A DNA stretch of 64,000 nucleotides from Macrostomum hystrix. Its lineage: Eukaryota > Animalia > Platyhelminthes. Made by a program: the position numbers and the translations under genes. Below, one piece after another: positions 51,658 to 63,519 of this stretch. The notes below the pieces were generated by a model, which worked only from the letters and a program-made list of their open reading frames with translations, searched no databases and was not told where the DNA came from. The stretch covers positions 1,364,001 to 1,428,000 of the forward strand of contig CATNEN010000031.1 of assembly GCA_950097015.1 (NCBI GenBank). The letters are read 5' to 3'. How positions within the stretch are numbered: position 1 is the first letter of the stretch; the number at the start of each line of letters is the position of its first letter.

Positions 51658-54600
51658 TCATTCGTCGAAGTCCATCTTGGCATCTCGCTGCTGCAGGGCG
51701 CCCAGAGCCTGCCGAACGGCCGGCGTGATCTCCGGGTGCTGATGCTGCCGACAGAGGCGCAGCAGCCGCTGACGCTCGTCTCCGCCCAGATAGTCGCCGT
51801 AGCGCTCAACCAGCGCCAGGAGAGCCTGGTGCCACAGCACCGGCAGCCGGCCGTCCTCGTTCAGATGACACTCCGACTCGGTCTCCATAGCAACGAAATG
51901 AGCCAGAGCCTGGCTAAGCACAGGATCAGGTAGGTTGTATTTCTTTTCTAGCAGCACTCGGATTAGGATGGCGCGGCCGCCGCTGTACGGCAGCTGCAGC
52001 AGCATGTGCAGCGCCGGTGCCGCGTACTTCACCGGGATGCTGACCCGGCGGAGGAGGCCGCCAATGATGGTGGCCTCAGGCAGGGAGATGGCCTCCCTAG
52101 CCCAGGGCAGCAGCAGGCCGCAGAAGAACTCACGCTGCCTAAATAGGGCCTTGCGCAGCGCCGAGTACAGGTGAAAATTCAGCCGGCGATATTCGGCGAT
52201 ATCGTCGCGACAGCGAGGCAGCAGGTAGCCCTGCGTGTGAAGAATTGTGGGAGCCTCTGATACTGATTCTGGTGATGGGATTCTGATCGTAATTATGGGA
52301 TTCTTATCCTAATTATGGAATTCTGATTCCAGTTATGGGATTCTGATCCTAATTATAGGATTATGGGAAGATTGTTATTGGTTAAAAAATGCAAATTTTA
52401 ACACTTTAATAATTGTAATAAATTTCAAAAAATTATACATTATATTGGGATAGAGACAGAATTCAAACAATTGCAAAAACTCGAAGCAAACCACCTTTTG
52501 GAAACTAGCAAAATAATTGCAAATGCATCCAATTCTCACCTGGAAGAACTGCAGCGCCTGAGTTTTACCCTTGGCTGCAAAGTATTTAGTAACGGCGCAC
52601 ATTGCGGCCGCGGTCCACGCGTTCGGCTCCAACAGTTCAACCAGCTCCTGCCACTGGGCAAAGTGTGGCAGCTGTTTCACGGGCTTGGGCAGTTTCCCGC
52701 TTCGATACTGGCTTAGCACGGCTCGGCAGGATTCGAAATGCTCGCGCACCGAGTCCGGCAGGCAGCTGCTGACTCGGCTGACGCCGGCCTCGCTGCCGCC
52801 GCCGATGCCGGTGGCTAGTTCATCGTCGATCTCTGTCCGCTTCTCGGCGATCAAGGAGCGCAGCTGGTCAGCGTCCAGCTGGCCTAGGGGGCCGCCTTCG
52901 TCCGTGTACAGGTGGCTGGTCAGATCCTCGTCCCGCGGATCAACAGCTTCCTCATCGTTGTCATCATCGTCGTCGTCGTCGTGGCTGTCGGATTCGTCTT
53001 CGTCGTCGCTAGCATTTGAACGAGCCACAATAGCCTTGGAAGATCTAACAGCGTCTTGACCACCGCCTTGTCCCTTGGTGATCCTCTTTGACAAGGGTGG
53101 CGTGCCGCTGAATTTTAAGTGTTTTTTTACACAATTTCATAAGTTATTTTTATAATTGTAGCGAGATGCACACGGAATTGCGAATTGTAAAAACAATCCT
53201 AGCCAGATACGAAACAAACACCATAATAGCCTGAATTGTACACTAGAACGCTAAATTGTTTTATACTTTAGCTCAGATATTGCACCAAGCAGATGTTACC
53301 CATAACAGAGACGTCCGGAGTTCGAGTCATAGCCCAGGATAATTCTTAGAAAACAACTTAACCACTTGTTTGAATTTACACATATTAGGCCCTAAGCTCC
53401 AGTAGAAATGTTTGTGTGGGTGTAGCAGCCTCCTTCAGTCCATGGACTGAACAGCTGTACAAAAGCTGTACAGGCTCTAGTTGAACACTATCTACACTCA
53501 GACCTTTTGGCAAAAAAACAATAGAAGACATTAGATTAATTTCTAATATGAATGGAAAGACTTACCTATTGGCCTCTGCTAGTTGTTCTTGTGCAACCTT
53601 CAGAATCTTCTGACTCAGCTTGCTGTCGACATACTAAAAAATTGAAATACAATTAAACATAATTGTCACTACAAAGCTAAAAACATTGTTCTTGAGCAAT
53701 GCTTTCTGAATTGATACATTTACTTTATAACCATGGCATGACTAATTCTGTAATATAGAAATATTCTTTCAAATAAATAAATTAGCAAGCTATGTTTTTC
53801 AAAGAGATCATTTTGTAAGTCAAGATATAATCAAATAGTCTAGCTTTCAAAAGATCCAAGAATTTCAAATAGCATAGCTTGTTATAATTAATTTAGCTAA
53901 AAAGCTAATAAATAACTACAGGCCATATTCCAAGAGGGGGGCACAATTCTAATAATTCTGGCATACCTAAGATTTTAATAATGTACACTGGCATACATTT
54001 TTTTGATTTTAGTGGCATATTGTGGTATAGGCCTATAAATTTTTATATAGGCCCTAGTCTGAAGATTTTATTCCAGACTAACTAAAACTGCAGACTAAAG
54101 TCCTACCTCTGCAAGTCCAAGGTTGGGGCACAGTTGGTTGGCCTGGGGACAGTGTACACTTTGAATTGGCTAGCATACATTTTTAATTCTTAGAAACTAT
54201 TTACCCATGATAGGGACATAGGCTTAAAAATAATGTTTTATTTAGGCTAAATGACATAGGCCTATAGATAGCTTGGTCCTCATTAGGTCTAAGTAATTAT
54301 AATGCTTTAACTTTTAGTTAGGTCCCCTACACTGCTACACAAATTATATATCGTTTTTTAAGAATAACTAGGGGCCTAGGCCCTACTACTAGCTCTAGGC
54401 CTAGCATAAGTTTCAAAGTAAGTCTAGGGCTTCAGTCTCGTTGAAAAGCTACTTATACACATAAATGTTAATTTAATAGGCCTATTTTCTTAAAAAAAAC
54501 TAGCTATGCCTATTTCTATTTATAACTGATTAGCTAGGCCTACCAAGGCAATACCTACAGGCTACAGTACAGCCAATGACCAAGCTAGCTTGTAGACCTA

Positions 54601-54826
54601 GCTGACTAAATAAGCCAGTAGGGCCTAACTAGTGTCTTATGTGTTCTTAAGTGTCAGTAACTGGTAGGCCTAACACAATCTGGTAACTCACCTTCACACT
54701 TCCAGACTTCTCATCGTCATTCAGTTTTCGCTTGCGTCCAGCTTTTGTTGACGGTTGATTCTGCTGTGCAATGTCATCAGCAAGATTCGGTCTACTCGCG
54801 AGCTTCGTTTGAGCTTTCTTTTTCAT
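51658..54826 (-). CDS. BYSL: Bystin (Enp1), 40S ribosome biogenesis factor
   Basis: Phase-consistent exons 54826-54692, 53633-53566, 53107-52540, 52230-51658. Motifs: LADDIA, YVDSKLSQKIL, YRSGKLPKPVKQLP, EPNAWTAAAM, LLPRCRDDIAEYRRLNFHLYSALRKALF, LREAIIIG, LLEKKYNLP, LPVLWHQALL, HPEITPAVR. Confidence 0.95.
52270..52365. repeat. Short 21-bp tandem repeat (ttatgggattctgatcctaat-like), ~4-5 copies
   Basis: Direct periodicity in a bystin intron. Confidence 0.7.
53290..53465 (+). mobile_element. Degenerate SINE family A copy
   Basis: B-box-like ggagttcgagtc and the tail ttcagtccatggactgaacagctgtac. Confidence 0.6.
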
Positions 54827-56569
54827 TATCTCTTAAGCCCTAGGCCTATCTCTTCGCTAATTCAGTTAACAGCAGGTTTCAAACTATACTATTTTCGTTC
54901 CTATACACTACAAAGCTTTCGCGAAGGACTCCCGTACCGTGGCTTACAAGCAAGTTAAAAACAGTATTTGATTGGCGTGGATCATGAGTGGCGTAAATAT
55001 GTTTCTTCTATATTTCTAGGAAAACATTAGCAATGACCGGAAAATGGTAAGTGACAGGCCTGAAACCACTTACAGCAATAAAAATTTAGAATACTTTTCT
55101 ATATTATAATGCATTAATATATTTTTTAAACTCATTAGTATGTAAAGATTTGGTCTTCTAATCTCCATGACAGAAACAATCCACCTGAAAAGCAATTTGA
55201 ATGTAAAATGTAAGGTATGGACTCTCAAAATTTGGCCACATGATGGCTTATATTTTTCCCTTTCTTTTAAGATTCATGTAACTTGCAATAAAATAGTATC
55301 CTAACGAGAAAATAGTTGCTTTTTATGATGCGCTTTCATTTTCAGGGAATTTTTTGTCGCGTACTTAAACAGGACAAATTTAGGCTAATGTCCCATAGCG
55401 ATAACGAGTGAGAACGAGAGCCCCATACAACCCGAAGCTGACGAATGTGCTGATGATTTTCTGCTGCGTGACTTTCGCTTCATCTCTATTCCTTGCCAGC
55501 TTAATACGTCATATAGACAATAAACAAGCAAACAGATCGAGAAACAGCACTTCGCATTTTTACGGATTTACGAGCTAGATAGACGCAGTTAATTTAAGGA
55601 CTGTTTAAAAAGCTCGATCAATAGTTTTTACAATTTATATAGCAACTTTAGCAACAGAATGTAGCCCAATAATCTATTCGCGACTATAGTAGCATCACAT
55701 AGTCGACTGAATCTGTACATGTATAACATTGTACTGCATGATTACGTAATGCCATCGATATTTAGGTTTTATGATTCACCATGGTAATAATCAAATCAAG
55801 TGTAGCCGGCTACATATCATACGATAAATAACGAGATTTTGCGCTTAATGTATAATTTTGAATGCAAATTGAGCGATTGACGTGGTTATGCAATATACAG
55901 GCAAAATGATATATGCATCCAATTATAGGGGCCTTTATAATTCATCTGAACAAGCCTTTTTTATAAATGGGTACTACTACAGCACAGCATACAGCACAGC
56001 ATACAGCACAGCATACAGCAAACAGCACAGCACGTAAAGCATAATATATGGGCATAAAAAAGTTTAATTTTAAACCTCCATGTTGAGCCTGAAAAAACTG
56101 CCTTAGTCAGTTCTGTTTCTCAGAAGAACTTGAAGAATAAAAATCATATAGCCCTTAGTGACCTGATCCCTGCTAGAACTTGTCCAATAAAGGCCATGAA
56201 GCTAAAAACAAACAGAACTTTCGAGAACGCGTCGGTACACCTTAGCACCAAAATTTCTAGATGAAAATAGCAAAGCAAATATAAGAAATCTTTATCAAAA
56301 GCTAGCTTGCGTATAAAAATAGGGCCTGAATGAGTTGGGATTTAATCTTTAGGAAATCTCCCAGCTTTATGTTGCAACAGAGATCCCTAGCTGCTGCTCA
56401 GGCGTGAGCACACAAATCCAGCCCGATCGAGCAGGAGATTCGATTCGCTGGGGACTTGTGAGTCGGCCGACTTGATACTCTCAAATATTAGCCATGTTTG
56501 CATATAGACCGGTTGGTTGTACGGACAGTCGTTCTCAGATTTGGTTAGATTTCCACATCTTTGCAGTTA

Positions 56570-56641
56570 GAATTGGCTGATATTGAATTCTGAGGATGTG
56601 ATTGGAGGATCAGTGATTGGTTGCATGTTTGCTGTATAAAA
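56570..56641 (+). promoter_or_regulatory. Candidate core promoter: three ATTGG (reverse CCAAT) boxes and a TATAAAA
   Basis: attgg at about 56572, 56601 and 56616; tataaaa at 56635-56641; first ATG at 56715. Confidence 0.4.
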
Positions 56642-56714
56642 CCATTGTACCGTAATCGTTTCACAATAGCTGCGGTGAACAAACATTACGGCAAATAGCA
56701 AAAGTCTAATAGAC

Positions 56715-57101
56715 ATGCACCCAGCCTCATTGTCAGCAGACCCGATTCATTTTCATCATCATCACAATGAGCTTTTGAAACTAGCTCAGCCTCAGAAATG
56801 TATTTTACAATCAATTGTTCAGCAGCAGCAGCAGCAGCAGCAGCACAAGCAACAAAATCAGCACCTCAGCTGGTTGCCTGCCAATTGTAGAACTTTGCAG
56901 CTTCACGACTTATCGCCATCATTTAGAGATACTAATAGTTGCTGCTGCTGCTGCAGTGCTCACCCAGCCTGGAACTGGCAGAGCCCAACTCAACACCAGC
57001 ATCCGAGTGCAGCCTGCACATGCTTCAGAAACTGCTCGTGGATGGCTAGGAAGCATGTACTGCCCTTCGCCACCACAGCCACCAGGTTGGGGAAATGTTA
57101 A
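56715..57101 (+). CDS. His/Gln-rich ORF (128 aa); may be a first exon or uORF of the downstream membrane-protein ORF
   Basis: True ATG ~75 nt after the TATA box; CAG runs; no recognisable domain. Confidence 0.3.
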   Translation: MHPASLSADPIHFHHHHNELLKLAQPQKCILQSIVQQQQQQQQHKQQNQHLSWLPANCRTLQLHDLSPSFRDTNSCCCCCSAHPAWNWQSPTQHQHPSAACTCFRNCSWMARKHVLPFATTATRLGKC

Positions 57102-57150
57102 ATATCTTGTCTATAGTCTTTGTTTTCTATAAGAGGGAAAAAATAAACAC

Positions 57151-57532
57151 ATGGATGCAATGTCAATCGGCACAATTCAATATAGGCCGACCGCAGCAAC
57201 CGCTGACACGGGCAGTCGTGCTAGACGGCACAATCCGCAGCAGCAGCAGCAGCAGCCGAGACAGTGCAGCCTCTATTGTCATGGTGGCAGTCGTAGGCGC
57301 TACACCAAGTGCCTGACGCTCGCCCTGCTGGGCATCATGCTCATAGTCGCCGGCGGCAGTTGCCTCTACCGAGCTGAGCTGCTACGAAACTCAGGCCGGC
57401 CGACCTTCGCCCGCTACCACCTGGCCGGAGTCTGGGCTTTGTTGATAGGCGCCGGACTGGCCGCCTGCGGCACCGTCTGGTGCGGCCTGGTCTGGTGCCG
57501 CGCCAATCGACGATGCTGTTACGATTTCGAGA

Positions 57533-57565
<33 letters not shown>

Positions 57566-57639
57566 GGTCACTACTACAGAGTCAGAGAGCATTAGTAGAA
57601 GGAAATATAATCCAGGATTCGCACTGCTCAGTCTGCTAA
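57151..57639 (+). CDS. Small putative two-TM membrane protein (162 aa) with Cys-rich juxtamembrane segment and polyQ
   Basis: Hydrophobic stretches CLTLALLGIMLIVAGGSCLY and LAGVWALLIGAGLAACGTVWCGLVWC; GC-rich, exon-like composition. Confidence 0.55.
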
Positions 57640-59139
57640 GTGTGGACACTGCAGGCGCATCAGTTGGTGACAATGGACCCGCAGTCAGCCAGAGACAACT
57701 CTCGCAGACTCCTGAGCACACCCGCACACTGATAGCATTCTGATTGTGGGGCAGCGCACTTTCTCACTGTGCTTTGGGGTTGGCCACAAGCCTTATCTCA
57801 GCGGCTTCGCCCAAGACAAATGTGGCCCCGCCGCGGCATAGGCATAATTTGTCTATTACTATTAGTAGAGCAATTTGAAAGAATAAATAATTTCGCAAAT
57901 AAAAGCCTTTACAAAAATGAGTTCGGGTTGAGTAAAAAATAGCACGAATAAAGTCCGTTTTATCGCAATTGATTTTTATTCTTTCAGTTTGATCTATTCC
58001 ATCACGATTGATTAGTCTGAACAATGCCGGCTAAAATTTTATGCACCATATAAAATAAATAAAACAAACTAGTAACTATTGTAAACCTGCTAACTAGAAA
58101 TTTGTTGAATGAAACTAACAGACGTTCCTTCTAACTAACAAAGCTAAATAATAAAACAATACTTTCGTCAAACTAGTAAAACAGCACTAAAGTACACACA
58201 AAGTTGCTTAATAGTGCAGATCAGTAAGCTTTGCACACAGATCTCAAAACAAATTAAAACTCTAGATCTCAATGTAAGCAATTCGGCAAAAGTTAAAAAA
58301 ATTTAGACCAGCATATGAATGTTAAAAAATAATATATATATTGCAGAATTAAGATTTTCAATTTAGATTTTTGTTGCGGTTCTCAATGAACTATAATCTC
58401 GCATAAGCCTCCGTTTCTGAAGGCTTGTTTACTGACCAATAAAAACAATAAAGCCATATATAATAAATATATAAATTCAGAGATAATGGGATTTTCGTAT
58501 CTAGAATGGGATTAAAGCAGTAAATAGTAAATAGTTTATGCATAGATTCTAAAAACTGGCTCAACATGTGGCAATTAAAAATGAGTGAGTGCACTTTATT
58601 TATGAAAGCTTCTCGCGTCAACTAAAAATACTCGACTAGCTCAAGCAAAGTTATGAACAAAACAAATCTAATGAGAATATTTTTAATAAGAGTCTCCGGC
58701 TCGTTAAAGCACAAAGCCAACAGCACATTTTAAATAGCCCCAAATGAATGAAAACTAGTATAATATTCTATACATGCTACTCATGAAGTGGCCAACGAGT
58801 AGCTGATGAGAATATCATTGGATTCAAAATATACAGATTTAAGAAAATTTGGGGAGACAGAAACGCACGCAAAACAAAAAACTTAAAGCATCTATGCAGG
58901 AGCAATTTTTTTAACTTTCAAGTAAAGTATAAAATATTCCGCATGCACAAATTAATTTAACGTAAGGACTTCAATAAGCAGGAATATAAAGCAAATGAAA
59001 AGCAAGCAGAATTAGTACAGAAAGCGCTTCCTCAGCAGAAATGTGATTCCAAATATAATACATAACTGAGCAAACGAAAAAACGAATAAGTCATTTTGTT
59101 CGAGTTTAGGGGAAATAGTGGAGTATTTTTCGTGCTATT

Positions 59140-59355
59140 TTTAGCATTCAAGGTCATTCGGCACGGGACATTTACGTGGCTAGGTAGTTATTTTCGATAG
59201 CTCGCTATTTTTAGCTGCCAAGGTCATTTGTCACGTGGCTAGGTAGTGATTTTTGATAGTTCACTTTTTAAGCATCCAAGGTCATTCGTCACGGGATGTT
59301 TACGTGGCTAGGTAGTGATATTTGATACGTAGCCATTTTTAGCTCCCAAGGTCAA
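59140..59355. repeat. Degenerate ~70-bp tandem repeat, ~3 copies
   Basis: Recurring aaggtcatt..cacgtggctaggtagt..tttttag motif. Confidence 0.65.
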
Positions 59356-59582
59356 CACGATGCAGAGCAGTGAAACTCCACTTTTTGGTAGTTTCCTTAT
59401 CAGAGGAAGTGACTGACAGCTAAAGCATCAACCAACTCGGAGAAGCAAGGCACGGCATATCCTACTTGCTAAGCGAGACGAAAACTAAGAACGTAAGCAT
59501 ATGGACCTAGAAGAGTCTTAGTAAAGCTATTACTAGATTGGAGGCAAAAACCGGTTGAATAAAAATGATAGAAAAGGCTCAG

Positions 59583-62500
59583 TTAGGGCTCCAAATCAGC
59601 GGGACTCAATGACGTCACCCGATGAATGACGCCGCCGACAGCGCCGCAGCTGGATGATTCGTCAATCGATCCGGCGGCTGCTCCGGTGGCTCCAGCCGCC
59701 ATGCTAGAAGCTGCCTGCTGGCCGAAGATATTCAATCCGGCAATTGTTACAGGCGCTGGTGGCGCTTGCGACGATGACAATGGCGGACTAGACGACTCGG
59801 CTGAGCTGTCCGAGCTGGGCATCGGTCCGCCAGCGACCAAGCTGACGCCCTGCAGCAGGTTGCGCAGCGTGGCGCTAAGGCCGGCGCCCAGCGTTGGCAG
59901 GAACCAGCCATCCCTAGTGGGCGTCGCTTCGTCGTCATCCTCGTCGGCTTCGTCGGCAGTTGTCGACGAGGCGCGTGTCGCGGACGCGGCTGTGGTCTCT
60001 TCTTTGGAGGTCGGAAAGCTAGTGCTGCTGCTGTTGCTGGCCTGGCGAGAGCGCTGCCGCCTGAACTGCTGCTGCTGCTGTTGCTGCTGGTGCAGCCGGT
60101 GCATGGAGGCGCTGGGCGCAACCTCGTCAGAAGCGGCCGACGCTCGAACGCCGCGCTCGCGCAGCACATCGGCCAGACCGAAGCTTAAAGAGAATGTCGA
60201 CGTGCCGTCGTCCTGTGGCCGACGCTTCGACGGTGTGCGCGCGATTTGCAGGGCGAAGGGCGGCTGCTTGCCTTGCGGCGCTCTGCGGGAGGGAAGTTTA
60301 GTTAGTAAGCTTCGGCATGTTGATAATGTATGTACCCGTACAGGTACGTACACATTTACACAGCACCAGTTAGTGCACAAGCTCGCTGCGCTTTTTAGGT
60401 CTGAGCTTGTAGCCCCATCGGTAAGAGCCTCGGGTTTCTGAGAGGTTGGGAGTTCGATTCTCAGCCCGAAGCAGGAAAATCATTTGTGTCCTGAGCAGCA
60501 GACTTAAGTTTCTAGTGCTTCCGTTTCACCCAGCTGTAAAATGAGCACTAGCATCAGCTGGGGTAGAAAGTTGGGTAGGTGAGAAGGTGTCCCCAGTCCA
60601 TGGACTGAACGGTTGTACACAGCTATGGCTATGCCACTGGATGCACGTATGAGCCGTAGGACTAGGTAACATAAAAAAATTGGCTATATTTCAAATTGTA
60701 TTTTACTTAGGGTACTTAGGGTACGAACTCAGGACCTCGGAGTGAGAGTTGGTCACAAAATTATCTGTTTCATCTGGAGTAGGAGAAGTTACGAATAAAA
60801 TAACTGTACTATTAAACGAAAAACGAAGTTTAAGCTCACTTAGACACATCGGGAACTACAGAGGTGACGGCTGAGCCAAGGGCCAGAGTGGATGAGGTAC
60901 CGGCGGCAGCGGATGAGGCCAAAATGGCAGGCGATGGAGTAACAAAGTCGTAGCTGTCAGTCGGGTGCATTACCTTGGCGGTGGTGTAGGTGTACGTCAG
61001 ACCGGAGAACTCGGCGTCCTTGAATTTGATGCGACAGAAGTCGTCTGAAAAGGACGTTAAAGAAAAGAAATCTGGCTTCAACAACGAGAAGTGACAAGTA
61101 ATGAAGCATTTCGAAAGTTATTGTATCATGGGTCCCCAAACCTAGATTGACATAATTGATCCCCAAACCTAGATTGACATCCTTGATCCCTAAACCTAGA
61201 TTGACATCCTTGATCCCCAAACCTAGGGATTGACATCCTTCATACCCAAACCTAGATTGACATCCTTGATCCCTAAACCTAGATTGACATCCTTGATCCC
61301 TAAACCTAGATTGACATCCTTGATCCCCAAACCTAGATTGACATCCTTGATCCCTAAACCTAGGGATTGACATCCTTCATACCCAAACCTAGATTGACAT
61401 CCTTGATCCCTAAACCTAGATTGACATCCTTGATCCCTAAACCTAGACTGACATCCTTGATCCCTAAACCTAGATTGACATCCTTGATCCCTAAACCTAG
61501 ACTGACATCCTTGATCCCTAAACCTAGGGATTGACATCCTTCATACCCAAACCTAGATTGACATCCTTGATCCCCAAAACTAGATTGACATCCTTGATCC
61601 CCAAACCTAGATTGACATCCTTGATCCCCAAACCTAGATTGACATACTTGATCCCTAAACCTAGACTGAGTCATGGATTCCCTCACCGTCTTCCTCTATA
61701 TCGCTGAGGCTCAACTGGCCCTTATCACCGTCTCCATCGCCGCCGTGAGCATCGTCGCCAACCAGATCGCAGAGTAGTGGGTCGCCTTCCAGTCCGCCGC
61801 GAATCTGCACTCCGGGCAGGTCGCCAACAACGACAGCGTGTAGGCCGGGCGTGGCCAATCTGCGCCACTGGGCCAGGGTCAGCGAGCCTTCGAGAGGCTT
61901 AACCAACTGGAGCTTCTCAGGAGCGATGCCCATGCCAATGCGACTAGCCGCCTGCGGCAGTTGCAGGTGCTGACGCTGCTGCTGCTGCTGCTGTTGCTGT
62001 TGATAGAATGAATGCGACTGGAGTTGTTGCTGTTGCTGCTGATGCAACGGCGGCTGTTGAAGCTGCAGCTGCGGTAGCACAGCCACCTCGTCGACCTCCG
62101 GCTCGGCCGCAGCAGCGTCCCAGGAGTTGCGAGGCGGGCTAGAACCGACCGAGCTCAGCTCCGGATTGGATGCCGATAGCGGACTGGTGGAGCCTAACGA
62201 CTGCTCAGAGGCGTACCTGTCAGCCGAATTGGGGCCATGATTTTTGTAGGGGTCAGAGAATTGACCAGTTAGGGGTCAGAGAATTGACCAGTTAGGGTCA
62301 GAGAATTGACCAGTTAGGGGTCAGAGAATCGACCAGTTAGGGTCAGAGAATTGACCAGTTAGGGTCAGAGAATTGACCAGTTAGGGTCAGAGAATTGACC
62401 AGTTAGGGTCAGAGAATTGACCAGTTAGGGTCAGAGAATCGACCAGTTAGGGTCAGAGAATTGACCAGTTAGGGTCAGAGAATTGACCAGTTAGGGTCAG

Positions 62501-63502
62501 AGAATTGACCAGTTAGGGTCAGAGAATCGACCACTTAGGGTCAGAGAATCGACTAGTTAGGGGTCAGAGAATTGACCAGTTAGGGTCAGAGAATTTACCA
62601 GTTAGGGGTCAGAGAATTGACCAGTTAGGGGTCAGAGAATTGACCAGTTAGGGTCAGAGAATTTACCAGTTAGGGTCAGAGAATCGACCACTTAGGGTCA
62701 GAGAATCGACCAGTTAGGGGTCAGAGAATTGACCAGTTAGGGTCAGAGAATTTACCAGTTAGGGGTCAGAGAATTGACCAGTTAGGGTCAGAGAATTTAC
62801 CAGTTAGGGGTCAGAGAATTGACCAGTTAGGGGTCAGAGAATTGACCAGTTAGGGGTCAGAGAATTGACCAGTTAGGGGTCAGAGAATTGACCAGTTAGG
62901 GGTCAGAGAATTGACCAGTTAGGGGTCAGAGAATTGACCAGTTAGGGGTCAGAGAATTGACCATTTAGGGGTCAGAGAATTGACCTGTTAGGGGTCAGAG
63001 AATCAATCAATCAATATTGAACGTCAAGCTTAAAATAGAAGACAAAACACGATACAGGGAAGATCGTTGCAACCGTAAACTATCTACAAATAATAATCAG
63101 TTGACTTCGAAAAAGAAGAAGAAAGAGCTTCATCACAGAAGTAACTCAGCCACTCAAAAATACTGTCACATTACACCAGAATAAAAAAACTGTTGAGCTT
63201 AAATGATGTGTGTTGGGATTGTTTTTGTTTGTATTACCCTTTGACTGCAAGCACCCTGGGTGGTAGCAGACAAGTTCTTCTGATTTGAAAATAAAAGTTA
63301 GTAGTAAATTTCATTGAATAAAAACAAGGCTTTGTGAATCCAATCGAATTGTCAATTATGCTATCATTTGAACTACACTCACCTGTAACGCTGGGTCACA
63401 GCTTTGCGGCGTCGCTCCTGTTCCTTCTTGAGTTTGCTCATCACCAGATTCATGTCGGCGAAGCTTGCGTTCACCTCACTGAGGTTGCCGGCGCTAATTG
63501 AC
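59583..63502 (-). CDS. TRAK: Trafficking kinesin-binding protein (TRAK/Milton), 3' four exons; 5' part lies beyond the window end
   Basis: Phase-consistent exons 63502-63383, 62216-61687, 61044-60840, 60282-59583. Milton-domain motifs: PEKLQLVKPLEGSLTLAQWRRLATP..PGV, TYTYTTAKVMHPTD, STFSLSFGLADVLRERGV. Confidence 0.9.
60415..60625 (+). mobile_element. tRNA-derived SINE family A copy (near full length) in a TRAK intron
   Basis: B-box ggagttcgattc, gtgtcctgagcag, cacccagctgtaaaatgag, and tail palindrome at 60594-60607. Confidence 0.75.
61125..61668. repeat. 27-bp minisatellite (aaacctagattgacatccttgatccc[c/t]), ~20 copies
   Basis: Direct periodicity; intronic. Confidence 0.95.
62245..63000. 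repeat. 22-23-bp minisatellite (g[g]ggtcagagaattgaccagtta), ~33 copies
   Basis: Direct periodicity; intronic. Confidence 0.95.
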
Positions 63503-63519
63503 CTGGGGAGGAGAGTGGG

